DNA of 64,000 bases from an archaeon (lineage in GTDB: Archaea; Micrarchaeota; Micrarchaeia; Norongarragalinales; UBA97), in NCBI GenBank assembly GCA_020057405.1, contig JAGVFW010000008.1, forward strand, positions 3,218 to 67,217, given 5' to 3'. This document shows, piece by piece, positions 41,652-50,290 of the stretch. Numbering within the stretch: position 1 is the stretch's first letter; every line of letters starts with the position of its first letter. The notes beneath the pieces were generated by a model. The model was not told the origin of the DNA. It saw nothing but the letters and a program-made list of their open reading frames with translations, and searched no databases. A program made the position numbers and the translations under genes.

Positions 41652-42155
41652 CTAGTTCATGGAACTGGAATTGAGCCGTGCCTGGTTTATCAGCTCTTGC
41701 AGCCCAAAAAAACTCACGAAAGCAAGTAGGTAAAAAGGAAGCGCAACCCACGCGCCAAGGTGCTGGATGCCTGACTCAGTCGTCATGCTTAGGAAAGTTG
41801 CGGTAAAACCAAGTACGATAATTGTTTCAGGAAACGTGAGAATCAGAAGCGCGGCGCCGTCGCTCAGGCGGTTATTGCGCGAGAGGTCGTTTTTGATAAA
41901 GTATTTCGACAAGCGCGGGAAAACTAAAATCAAGGCAACCGATAAGCCGAGGAAAACCAAATAGAAACCGGGAAACGCGTCAAGCGAATAGCTCGGGGCT
42001 GCGGTGGACGGTTCGAAAGATTTGCCCAAAAACCACAGGACAAAAGCCAGCACGCCTGCAGAACCGAAAAAGGCTAGTTTTGCCAGCGCAGTTCCGTCAA
42101 TCCCGCCCGGCCTGCCTTCAGAAACCAACGCGTCCCGCCACCTCAAATTAGTCAA
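41652..42155 (-). CDS. Membrane protein (4-5 TM), unknown function
   Basis: Hydrophobic 167-aa ORF that overlaps the upstream gene's stop by 8 nt. Confidence 0.6.
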   Translation of the reverse strand: MTNLRWRDALVSEGRPGGIDGTALAKLAFFGSAGVLAFVLWFLGKSFEPSTAAPSYSLDAFPGFYLVFLGLSVALILVFPRLSKYFIKNDLSRNNRLSDGAALLILTFPETIIVLGFTATFLSMTTESGIQHLGAWVALPFYLLAFVSFFGLQELINQARLNSSSMN

Positions 42156-42894
42156 TGCTCTCCAAAAACTTTACTGCCAGGTTCTCGACGTCGTCGCTAG
42201 AACTGAGGCCCGCCCACTGCTGGCCGGGCTCGACTACGTTGACGACGACGATGTTGGCGCCGTTAAAACTGGCCGTCTGGGCCTCCTTGAGGTCAACGCC
42301 CCCGGCAGCGCTGATGAGCACGTCGAACTTGCTCTTCACGCGCTTGACGTGGCGGTAGCCGATGACTTTCCCGCGCGTGGACTCCTCGTCGCGGCCGCGG
42401 TGCAGGATGACTACCGAAGGTGCGTGGCGGACAAGCGGCCGCAGGACACCAAGCGGGTCGGCAACTCCAAGCATGTCAACCATCGAGTCGACGCCAAGGG
42501 ACTCGCAGGCAACTATGAAGCGCTCGACGGTCTCGATGGGCGCGCTGCCGAGAACCGTGACGCCGTTGGCGCCCGCCTGCGCAGCCATGGCTGCCTCAAT
42601 TGCGCCGCCGTCAGCAGACTTGATGTCGGCAACAACGTAACCGCCCCACGCGCCTTTTATTTCAGAAATCGCGTTGGCGCCGAATTCTTTTACAAGCGGC
42701 GTGCCGGCCTCGACGAGAATGCGCTCGTCGCGGGGCAAGTGCGGAATGATGGCGAGAGCCGAGTCTAGAGAGCCGTTGAATGCGATTTGAAGGTAGCGTT
42801 TGTTGCGCTCAAGGCGCGTGCCGGGCGAAAAACGACGGGACCCCAGGCCAGACCTGAGCCGGCCGAGGAGGGCTGCTGAGAGTTCCGAGCGCAT
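42148..42894 (-). CDS. 3-hexulose-6-phosphate synthase / OMP-decarboxylase-suprafamily protein
   Basis: LQIAFNGSLDSAL..LVEAGTPLVKEFG..VVADIKSADGGAIEA..GANGVTVLG..HRGRDEE..SAAGGV aligns with HPS (LQVAIDLL..IIELGTPL..FADMKTMDAGELEA..GADLVTVLG..HAGLDEQ..VAGG). Start assigned to ATG 42894, because the ORF-track extension to 43011 overlaps the stomatin gene. Confidence 0.7.
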   Translation of the reverse strand: MRSELSAALLGRLRSGLGSRRFSPGTRLERNKRYLQIAFNGSLDSALAIIPHLPRDERILVEAGTPLVKEFGANAISEIKGAWGGYVVADIKSADGGAIEAAMAAQAGANGVTVLGSAPIETVERFIVACESLGVDSMVDMLGVADPLGVLRPLVRHAPSVVILHRGRDEESTRGKVIGYRHVKRVKSKFDVLISAAGGVDLKEAQTASFNGANIVVVNVVEPGQQWAGLSSSDDVENLAVKFLESID

Positions 42895-42910
42895 CAACGC
42901 CACCGCACGC

Positions 42911-43696
42911 CTACTTTCGCGAATCCTTGCCGCCGGACAGCAGTTGCGTGACCGCACCGGCAAAGTCGGACGGCACGAGGATGATGATTTTCTCGCTCGG
43001 GTCTGCCGCAATGTCGTTAATCGTCTGCAGCGTGCGCAGGTGGAGTGCGCCCGGAGCTGAGGAAAGCTCGAGTGCGGCCTTGCTGAGGCTCTTGGATGCG
43101 CTCAGTTCGCCCTCGGCCTTGATTATCATGGCACGGCGTTCGCGCTCGCTCTCCGCCTGCTTTGCCATCGCGCGCTTCATCTCGGCAGGCAACTCGATTT
43201 CCTGCACGTTGATGCCGGTGATGTCAACGCCCCAGTCGTCAGTGTCCTTCTCGACCACGCCCTGAATCGAGGCGGCAATATTGTCCGGGTCGGATAGAAC
43301 CTCGTCAAGCTCGTTGCCGCCGACTACGTTGCGCAAGGCCGCCTGAGTGAGCTGGGCGACGGCGAAAGTGTAGTCCTCAATCTCGGTAACCGCGTCTTTT
43401 GCGTTCTTGACCTTGAAGTACACCACTGCGTTTACGAGCATTGGAACGTTGTCCTTGGTCATTATCTCCTGCTTCTCGACCTCGACGGTGCGTATGCGCA
43501 TGTCAACGCGGATCATCGTCTGGATAACGGGAATGACGAAGTTGAGGCCGGGTTCAAGGGTTGCCGAGTACTTGCCGAGAGTCAGGACGACGCCCCGCTC
43601 CCACTGCGGAATGACCTTGATTGCCGAAAGCGCGATGATGAATGCGAAGAAGAGAATGCCGAATCCGCTGAAAATCAATTCCCACACGACAACCAC
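42911..43696 (-). CDS. SPFH/Band-7 (stomatin-like) membrane protein
   Basis: N-terminal TM followed by PQWERGVVLTLGKY...LEPGLNFVIP...VDMRIRT...TKDNV...V.YFKV, then a coiled-coil AERERRA..KAEGE region. Confidence 0.9.
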   Translation of the reverse strand: MVVVWELIFSGFGILFFAFIIALSAIKVIPQWERGVVLTLGKYSATLEPGLNFVIPVIQTMIRVDMRIRTVEVEKQEIMTKDNVPMLVNAVVYFKVKNAKDAVTEIEDYTFAVAQLTQAALRNVVGGNELDEVLSDPDNIAASIQGVVEKDTDDWGVDITGINVQEIELPAEMKRAMAKQAESERERRAMIIKAEGELSASKSLSKAALELSSAPGALHLRTLQTINDIAADPSEKIIILVPSDFAGAVTQLLSGGKDSRK

Positions 43697-43836
43697 CCGT
43701 CCACAATCACGGCAGGGAAGTTAAAAAAGGTTATTCGGGGGGCGGGAGGAAGCCCCATCGCCAGGGAGAAAGTAGTTTGTACGGCTAGCCTGATTGTTTG
43801 CATCTGGTACGCCTTTGCGCGCCAGCTAATGCAAGC

Positions 43837-43845
43837 GTTAAAAAC
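43837..43845 (+). promoter_or_regulatory. TATA-like box (GTTAAAAAC) for galT
   Basis: Centre lies 27 nt upstream of ATG 43868. Confidence 0.4.
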
Positions 43846-43867
43846 CGCCTTAGAGTAAGCACTCTCG

Positions 43868-44800
43868 ATGGTTCTCGAATACCGGCTTGAGCCGACGAAA
43901 AAACAGCTAGTCATTGTCGCCAACGAGCGCTCGGGAAGGCCCCTTGTTTTCGGAAAGACTAAAGTCACCTGCCCGTTTGACAAGGGAGTCGAGAAAGTCA
44001 CTCCGCCAACAAAGCTCGCCCTGCCGAATGAGAGGCAGTGGCGCACGCGCGTTTTCGACAACGCCTTTGCGTTTCTTAAGCGCCGTGGCAAGTTCAAACC
44101 GATGAAGCAAGGCGAGCTTTACTGGACTTCACCCGCTTTTGGCGACCATGAAGTAATTGTCGAGAGCGACGTGCACGGCGCGCTCTACCAAGAATTAGGG
44201 GACGAGCAACTCCAGCTCGTGCTCGAGACTTACCAAAAGCGCTTCCGCACTCTCTCGGCGCAAAAGGGCGTCGAGTGCACTTACTTGTTCAAGAACCACG
44301 GGCAAAAGGCCGGGGCGAGCATCGACCACGAACACAGCCAGATTGTGACACTGCCGTTTGTCCCGCCCGTCATAAAGGAAGAGCTCGAGGCGAACAAGCG
44401 GGCCGGCACTTGCCTGCACTGCGCTCTCCTAAAGCGCGAGAAAAAGAACGTCTTGGCGAAGCAGGGCGCGTTCACTGCCGTGTGCCCCAGTTTCGCGCGG
44501 TTCCCGTTCGAGACGTGGATTGTGGCAAACGAGCACATCCGCAGCTTCACCGAGTTCTCTGCAGGGGACAACCGCGACTTCATGCGCTTGTTGCGCGATG
44601 TCGTGGCAAGAGTCTACGGCGTGAGCCACGACTACAACGTTCTTTACCACAACTCGCCCCGCACCGGCGAATTGCACTTCCACGCAGAAGTTTGCCCGCG
44701 GCCGAGCGTGTGGGCGGGCTTCGAGCTCGGAACTGGCGTATTGGTTAATCCAAAGAGCACTGAAGAGGCACTCGCGGCCCTGCGGGCAGTGCAAGTCTAA
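43868..44800 (+). CDS. galT: Galactose-1-phosphate uridylyltransferase (HIT superfamily)
   Basis: R.EP....V.VA.ER..RP N-terminus, a CPFD zinc motif, the catalytic DHEHSQIV (H-x-H-x-Q), and a second half with YNVLYHNSP. ATG lies 27 nt after GTTAAAAAC. Confidence 0.85.
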   Translation: MVLEYRLEPTKKQLVIVANERSGRPLVFGKTKVTCPFDKGVEKVTPPTKLALPNERQWRTRVFDNAFAFLKRRGKFKPMKQGELYWTSPAFGDHEVIVESDVHGALYQELGDEQLQLVLETYQKRFRTLSAQKGVECTYLFKNHGQKAGASIDHEHSQIVTLPFVPPVIKEELEANKRAGTCLHCALLKREKKNVLAKQGAFTAVCPSFARFPFETWIVANEHIRSFTEFSAGDNRDFMRLLRDVVARVYGVSHDYNVLYHNSPRTGELHFHAEVCPRPSVWAGFELGTGVLVNPKSTEEALAALRAVQV

Positions 44801-44845
44801 GTCTAACCCCCCCCCCCCGAATCTAGCGCCCGGGCTAAGGGATTG

Positions 44846-44875
44846 AAAAATAAAAGAGGGGGGTTTGAATCCCCT
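44846..44875 (-). terminator. Hairpin plus T-tract terminator candidate for the OB-fold gene
   Basis: Minus strand AGGGG-auucaaacc-CCCCU followed by CUUUUAUUUUUC. Confidence 0.4.
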
Positions 44876-44890
44876 AAATTCAGAAAGAGT

Positions 44891-45175
44891 TTAGATCGAG
44901 CTTATCTTGCCGAACTTGCCTAAGGTGAGCTGGATCTTGTCCTGCCACGTGTTGACGTAGCCGTTCTCAATCTTCACTTTGGCGCCTTCGCTGACTTTCT
45001 CGATGTTCTCGTTCCAGAGGGCGAGCACGATGGTGCCCGTCTCGTCACGGAGGGTGACGTCGGCAACGCGGAGGTCGCGGCCGTACTTGTTGATGACGCG
45101 GGGCTCGCTAATGCTTGCCACTTCGGCTTCGAGCATTACATTGCCGGTTCCGGGCTTGAGGTCTGATATTTTCAT
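44891..45175 (-). CDS. Single OB-fold nucleic-acid-binding protein (SSB/RPA-like)
   Basis: MKISDLKPG..NV.LEAEV.S....R.....G....VADV.L.DETG.I.L.LW pattern of archaeal short OB-fold SSBs. Start assigned to ATG 45175 rather than 45235. Confidence 0.7.
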   Translation of the reverse strand: MKISDLKPGTGNVMLEAEVASISEPRVINKYGRDLRVADVTLRDETGTIVLALWNENIEKVSEGAKVKIENGYVNTWQDKIQLTLGKFGKISSI

Positions 45176-45322
45176 TTCACATGCACCTATATTGCGTTTT
45201 AACAGGCGTATGGCGCACAAGGGGTATTTCTTCAAACGCTCTTAGAAAGAGGCTCTCGAAAACCCAGGTTTTGCTCTTCCACCTGACTAAGAAATTATGG
45301 AAAAGCGCGTATTTAAGGCTTG

Positions 45323-45766
45323 TCAGGGCGCCTTTCCGAGGATGGCGTCGTGGAGGGCCCGAAATGCCGCGTTTATTTTGACGTCATTTTTTGGCTTACC
45401 CAACTCGGCCTCAATTGCGTCTATTTTGCTTAAGTGCTTTGCGTCAAAAGAGAGGGTGGGGACTATTGCAGTCACGGAATAGCCGTAAAACGATTTTCCG
45501 CCAGCCTTATTGCTGATTTCCTTGCCAACGCCTTCAGGCAGCATGTCTAAGAGTATTCGCCTGATGCGGTCCCGCTCGGCCTTTGCAACGCGCTTAGTAT
45601 TCATACTGGCAAGAATTGAAATGCCCCAGTGGTTTGGATCCTCGACAGTCGGCTCCATGACGAAATTATAAGTCCTGGGCAAGTTGCTAACCGGCCCTTT
45701 TTTCCCGTAGTGCAGAACGAATCCCTTGTCCTGAAGTCTTCTGAAAATTTCAGCTAAAGGTTTCAT
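45323..45766 (-). CDS. Hypothetical protein
   Basis: 147-aa ORF that starts immediately after the stop of the M29 peptidase gene (45767). No recognised motif. Confidence 0.55.
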   Translation of the reverse strand: MKPLAEIFRRLQDKGFVLHYGKKGPVSNLPRTYNFVMEPTVEDPNHWGISILASMNTKRVAKAERDRIRRILLDMLPEGVGKEISNKAGGKSFYGYSVTAIVPTLSFDAKHLSKIDAIEAELGKPKNDVKINAAFRALHDAILGKAP

Positions 45767-47086
45767 CTACCAAACCGGCCTCCCGCCCTTCATCACGGCC
45801 TTGCCATCAACCCAAAGGACGCCCTTTCGCATGTCTTTGACCATGTCAAGATGGCCTGAGGCCTTGTTTTTGCCGTGGTAACTGCCAGTGTTGTTGCCAA
45901 TTGCGAGGTGAATCGTGCCTGCAATCTTCTCGTCGGTAAGGATGTAGCCGCTGTATTTCGCCGACAGGTTGGCGCCGATGCCGAGCTCGGCAAGCACGCG
46001 CGTGCTGGGAGTGTTTTCCTTAAGATAGTTGGCAAAGTGCTTGACGTTCTGGCGGGCCTTGAAGGAAACCACGCGGCCTCCCTTGAAAGTCAGCTGCAAC
46101 CCATCGACAAAGCCGTGGCCGTCGACGTGAATCCTGTCGAACTTGATGATGCCGTTTGCTGTCGTCTCAAGAGGCGAGATGAAGGACTCGCCGCTTGGCA
46201 GGTTTAGGCCAAAATCGCCGAGTTCGGGCTCCATGTAGCCTGCGTCCTTTAGGGGCGGGCGGCCCTTGACTGAAAACGACAGGTCGCTGCCGTCGGCGTG
46301 CGTGATGCGCACCGCATCACCGCCCTCAAGCGAAGCGTAGTAGTACTCGACTAGCTTGCGCGTGCGCGGGGAAAAGCTCTCGGCAAGCGAGGCGAACACC
46401 ATTTTCTCAAACCACTTTGCCGGCACGCCGAAGCCCTTGGCGGTCATGGCGAAGGGCCAGCCGAGGTAGAGCCACCTGACTTTGCGGCTGTCGAGAATCT
46501 CGTGGGCCTTCTGGCCATTTGCCTGGCCGGCCTTGAGTTTCGAGAGTGGCAAGCCGCGCTTCCAGTGCGGGTCGTCCTCGTTCTCTAGGTAAATTGTCAC
46601 GTCAACGGTCTTCATCGACGCTCCGGCCATTTCCGGCCAGTCCTCAAGCGCTTCGACGCTCTTGGCAGTCATCAGGTCGTGGCTCAATGCCGAGTAGTCG
46701 CAAGTCCAGCTTACGTGAGCACCACGCTTGGCAGCGGCGAGGATAATCTCCTTTGCCAGGGGCCAGTTGTCGGGATGGTAGCGCAGGCGCACGGCCTCGC
46801 CAATCCGAGGGCGCACTAGGAACTTGGCACCGCGCTTTGAGAGAAGCGGGCCGTAGTCGGGCTTCTGCAATTCGGCGATTGCGGCAGGCGAAAAACCTTT
46901 TGCGCGCAATTGTTTTTCGGACAAGAGTTTGCCGTCAAATTCCTCGAAGAACTTCTCCGCCGAGCGCAAGTGCTTTTTCGCCATTGCCACGCCGTGTGAG
47001 TTCCACTTGCGGCCTATTAGCATTGCGGAAACAGTTTTCTCTGCGATGAATCGGATTTCTGAAGCTGAAGGCATAGGCAAAACCAC
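45767..47086 (-). CDS. Aminopeptidase, M29 (AmpS/PepS) family
   Basis: ELGIGANLSAK..GYILTDEKIAGTIHLAIGNN is the M29 signature region. The N-terminal ~90 aa may be an over-extension, and an internal Met such as MAKKHL is a possible start. Confidence 0.75.
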   Translation of the reverse strand: MVLPMPSASEIRFIAEKTVSAMLIGRKWNSHGVAMAKKHLRSAEKFFEEFDGKLLSEKQLRAKGFSPAAIAELQKPDYGPLLSKRGAKFLVRPRIGEAVRLRYHPDNWPLAKEIILAAAKRGAHVSWTCDYSALSHDLMTAKSVEALEDWPEMAGASMKTVDVTIYLENEDDPHWKRGLPLSKLKAGQANGQKAHEILDSRKVRWLYLGWPFAMTAKGFGVPAKWFEKMVFASLAESFSPRTRKLVEYYYASLEGGDAVRITHADGSDLSFSVKGRPPLKDAGYMEPELGDFGLNLPSGESFISPLETTANGIIKFDRIHVDGHGFVDGLQLTFKGGRVVSFKARQNVKHFANYLKENTPSTRVLAELGIGANLSAKYSGYILTDEKIAGTIHLAIGNNTGSYHGKNKASGHLDMVKDMRKGVLWVDGKAVMKGGRPVW

Positions 47087-47123
47087 CCGACACTATTTTA
47101 TGCTGGCGGCTAATAAGCATTGC

Positions 47124-48143
47124 ATGAAGTTCGACTTTGGCAAACGGCTGGCGCGGCTTCAAAAGTTTGTCGAAAAGCGCAACTGCGCGGCCGTGCTTAC
47201 CGCCGCCGAAGGCTTTGACGCCAACGCGTACTACTACAGTGGTGACGAGACGTTCCCGACAACGCTCGTCGTCACGCCGGATTACGCCGGCATTTACACC
47301 ATGCACCCGTCTGACTTCGGGAGCCTCTTTGACGAGGCCATGGGCCTCCCGGAGCTGCGCAAGGGCCTTGGGAAAAAACTTAAAGAGCTCAAGGTGAAGG
47401 CCATCGGAGTTGACGACAACTCAGCTTCCGCAGGTGTTTTCCTGCGCGCGCAAAAGCGGCTTGGCGTTAAGCTGCTGCCAATCGGCAACGAGCTTGCGCA
47501 AGAGCGCCTCATCAAGGAACCGGCTGAAATAAAGTGCATCCGCGAGGCGGGACGGATTTCAGTTGCGGCAGTCAAGGGGTTTGGCAGCGGCTACTTTTCC
47601 GGCAAGACCGAAAACGCAGTCACTGGTGAAATGGAACTGCGGGCAAGGAAGATGGGCGCTGCGCTTGACGCTTTTCCCACCATGGTACTTAGCGGGGCGC
47701 GGAGCGCGTTTTTCCACAACCACACTTCAAACAAGAGAATCGGTCGCAGCGAAGCGGTGTTGATTGACTGGGGCGGCCGCTTTGAGCACTACTGCAGCGA
47801 CCATTCGCGCACTTACTACGACGGCAGGGACAAGCAGCTAAAGGACGCGATTGAGGCGACGGTCGAATCGAAGAAGGCTGCCGAGAAGCTCGCGAAAGTG
47901 GATGCCGACGGCAAGAAGATTGCCGATGCCGCGGAGAAAGTCATCGGGGAGTACGGATTTGGCGAGTGGTCGTTCCGCAAGACTGGCCTGGCACTCGGGC
48001 ATTTTGTCGGCCTTGATGTCCATGACGCTGGCGTTGGCTTTGAACGCACTAAACTAAGGCGCGGAATGGCGTTTACGATTGAGCCCGGCGTCTACATCCC
48101 CGGCAAGTTCGGCGTGCGGTTCGAGGACACGTACTGTCTTTGA
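47124..48143 (+). CDS. M24-family Xaa-Pro dipeptidase/aminopeptidase
   Basis: Pita-bread ligand pattern: LIDWGGRFEHYCSDHSRT, GHFVGLDVHD, FTIEPGVY, VRFEDT. Start assigned to ATG 47124 (MKFDFGK..). ATG 47100 is an alternative, and the ORF-track start 46929 overlaps the divergent gene. Confidence 0.8.
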   Translation: MKFDFGKRLARLQKFVEKRNCAAVLTAAEGFDANAYYYSGDETFPTTLVVTPDYAGIYTMHPSDFGSLFDEAMGLPELRKGLGKKLKELKVKAIGVDDNSASAGVFLRAQKRLGVKLLPIGNELAQERLIKEPAEIKCIREAGRISVAAVKGFGSGYFSGKTENAVTGEMELRARKMGAALDAFPTMVLSGARSAFFHNHTSNKRIGRSEAVLIDWGGRFEHYCSDHSRTYYDGRDKQLKDAIEATVESKKAAEKLAKVDADGKKIADAAEKVIGEYGFGEWSFRKTGLALGHFVGLDVHDAGVGFERTKLRRGMAFTIEPGVYIPGKFGVRFEDTYCL

Positions 48144-48148
48144 AAATG

Positions 48149-48170
48149 CCGCTTGAAAACGCGGGTTTTT
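48149..48170 (+). terminator. Hairpin plus T-tract terminator candidate after the M24 peptidase gene
   Basis: CCGC-uugaaaac-GCGG followed by GTTTTT, starting 6 nt after the stop. Confidence 0.35.
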
Positions 48171-48269
48171 CCTCTAAAAAAACGAGTCCGGCAAGTGACT
48201 GAAGTTGCTTTAAAACCCTTTGGCGTCGGGTTTGCTTTATAAGCGTTTTTTGGGTTAATTACTCTAGAT

Positions 48270-48758
48270 TTGCACTTAAGGGAGAGGGTGGTTCGGGATA
48301 TGGAAATGACTCAGGAAGCTGTGGCGTCACAACAACTAGTTGAAGCTATTGAAGAGAATGAAGTCGAGGACGACGAGAGCGAACACCTGCCTTTCCCCAA
48401 CGCGCGCGTCGTGCGAATCATCAAGGGCAACTTAAAGAAAGAACACCAGCTAAAGCGCGACGTGAAAGTCGCCGCCAACATCCTCGTCGGCGAGATTCTT
48501 TCCGACATCGCGCAGAGCATGGACCACGAGGAGTACTTCACCCTTAGCATCGAGCACTTCAACCGCGCGGCCCGCAAGTACCGCGAGATTGCGCTTAACC
48601 AAAAGCGAATCCGCCGCATCCAGAAGGTTCTTGAGAAGCAGCGCGCCGAGCTTGACGAGATTGTCACTGAAATCGAGCTTGAAGCCAACCCCGAAGCGAC
48701 GTTAACGCCTGGGCAGATGGCCTCAATGGATTCAAGGCAATCCGGGCAAACCGTTTAA
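48270..48758 (+). CDS. Histone-fold protein with N- and C-terminal extensions
   Basis: LPFPNARVVRIIKGNL...DVKVAANILVGEILSDIAQSM...LSIEHFNRAARKY aligns with the archaeal histone / NF-Y / NC2 fold (LP.A...RIIK...). The TTG 48270 start lies about 31 nt after GCTTTATAAGC. ATG 48300, preceded by GGAGAGGGTG, is an alternative. Confidence 0.65.
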   Translation: MHLRERVVRDMEMTQEAVASQQLVEAIEENEVEDDESEHLPFPNARVVRIIKGNLKKEHQLKRDVKVAANILVGEILSDIAQSMDHEEYFTLSIEHFNRAARKYREIALNQKRIRRIQKVLEKQRAELDEIVTEIELEANPEATLTPGQMASMDSRQSGQTV

Positions 48759-48768
48759 GGAACAATTT

Positions 48769-49656
48769 ATGTCCCAGCGTTTGGACGCAGTGGCAACAGC
48801 CGACCCTAAGCTAGCGGGACGCAGGCAATACAGCGGCACGCAAAGCAAGGAAGTAAGCGCGCTTGCCCGCGAGAACTCCGCACTGATTACGGAATTCCGC
48901 ACTCTGCTCGTCAAGGCCAAGCTATTGCGCGCCGAACGCGACTTGCTTAACGCAAGAGTGCCGGAACTTCGCGCCAAGAAAAACGACTTGCTTGGAAAGC
49001 TGAAGACCATCACCGCCAGCCTGCGCGAGGCACGCGAGAAGGCCGGCGTGGAAAAGGAGCCGGAACCCCAGCCCCGAGGAAAGGAGAAGGGACCGACTTA
49101 CGGACAGCTTTTCACCGAACTCGAGCGGCTAGAGTGGGAGCAGATGACCGAAGCGCTCTCGATAAAGGATGGAAAAGCGCTTGAGAAAAAAATCCGCGAG
49201 CTAAGAAAGCAGATGCCGGTAGTGTCAAAGGGCGCTGCTGCCCGCTCGCAAGTGCGCGTGTTGTCAAAGGAACTGCGGCCCGTCAAGATAGAGCTCGACA
49301 AGGTGCGGACCGAGTTTGACGGGGTGCGAAAAGAGTCGGACGCCAAGCACGAGGAGGCAATGGCGCTCTCGAAGAAGGCCGACGGGATTGGAAAGAAGAT
49401 TGGAGCGAACATCAAGGTACTTGACGAAAAACGGCAGGCTGAAGGCGAGGAGCGAAAGCAGTTCGGCGAGAGGCTCAAGGTCGTCATGACTGCCGAGGAA
49501 CGCGAGGAGAAGGAGCGCCACCAGAAGAAACGCCGCGAGCACGACAAGCGCGCTGCGCAAGTCAAGGCGATGGCGGAAAAAGTCCGCGAGAAAATGAAGG
49601 CCGGCGGCAAGCTCTCGATGGAAGAATTCCAGATATTACAGCAGACTGGCGAGTAG
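48769..49656 (+). CDS. Archaeal coiled-coil protein (COG1340-like)
   Basis: 295 aa, almost entirely heptad-like K/E/R/L-rich helix. Its size and composition match my recollection of the uncharacterised archaeal coiled-coil family. Starts 10 nt after the histone-fold gene. Confidence 0.55.
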   Translation: MSQRLDAVATADPKLAGRRQYSGTQSKEVSALARENSALITEFRTLLVKAKLLRAERDLLNARVPELRAKKNDLLGKLKTITASLREAREKAGVEKEPEPQPRGKEKGPTYGQLFTELERLEWEQMTEALSIKDGKALEKKIRELRKQMPVVSKGAAARSQVRVLSKELRPVKIELDKVRTEFDGVRKESDAKHEEAMALSKKADGIGKKIGANIKVLDEKRQAEGEERKQFGERLKVVMTAEEREEKERHQKKRREHDKRAAQVKAMAEKVREKMKAGGKLSMEEFQILQQTGE

Positions 49657-50259
49657 CTAGGCTAGTTTTATTTTATTGTCAAGCAACAGCGCGTGCAAAA
49701 TCGGGCCACTCGAGTAATGGTGTCTGAATGCGCTTTCAATTAGGTCAAGTTCGCCGGCAGGTAGTGCGTCGGACTTTGACTCTACCGCTTGCTTGATGCT
49801 TTGGTCAATTAAATGGTCTACAGCAAGTGGCGCGTATCCCCTGACATCCTCGGCAAAAAACGGCTGATCAACGATTTTCTCGCGCCATTCCTTCACCCAA
49901 GCCCGATCTTTTCGGTCAAAATTCTCGTTCAAATAACTAGCTATTCTTTCGGAAATGTCCCGGACGTGCTCTTCATTGCGCGCTAATACTACCCGATTTT
50001 TTCGCTCGTCTTTCATCTTGTCGCGTCTGAACATCTGGTCGGCTTGATTTCCATCCACCCCAAAGAGCTTGGCTGCATTCATTCGCGCCTGTGCGGCGTT
50101 CTTGACATCCCCACCAACCATGAAGTAAATTGACGCCAAGCGCGCTGCCCGAAATTTTTCAGAAGCGTCAAGCTTTTTGGCACGAGCAATTACCATTAGC
50201 CGGTCGCCAGCGCCAAGGCTGCCTGAGCGGGGTTCCGGTAGCTTGCGTTTGAATAGCAT
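49657..50259 (-). CDS. Hypothetical protein
   Basis: 200-aa soluble-looking ORF with no recognised motif. It is convergent with the coiled-coil gene and abuts it. Confidence 0.5.
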   Translation of the reverse strand: MLFKRKLPEPRSGSLGAGDRLMVIARAKKLDASEKFRAARLASIYFMVGGDVKNAAQARMNAAKLFGVDGNQADQMFRRDKMKDERKNRVVLARNEEHVRDISERIASYLNENFDRKDRAWVKEWREKIVDQPFFAEDVRGYAPLAVDHLIDQSIKQAVESKSDALPAGELDLIESAFRHHYSSGPILHALLLDNKIKLA

Positions 50260-50290
50260 GAGAAAAAGATTAATGAATTGCCTTAAAACG

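Noticed and set aside
42004-42768. 254-aa plus-strand ORF opposite the HPS-like gene and the 41652 membrane gene
   Set aside because: The minus-strand frame aligns motif-by-motif with HPS. The plus-strand product is D/R/A/V-rich with no recognisable features.
43675-44097. 140-aa minus-strand ORF spanning the stomatin/galT spacer and the galT 5' end (a possible NfeD partner?)
   Set aside because: It has no TM or OB-fold/NfeD-like pattern, it overlaps the well-supported galT start and both TATA-like boxes, and its sequence has no domain-like pattern.
44275-44748. 157-aa alternative-frame ORF inside galT
   Set aside because: It is an R/P/G-rich off-frame product. The galT frame carries the HxHxQ and zinc motifs.
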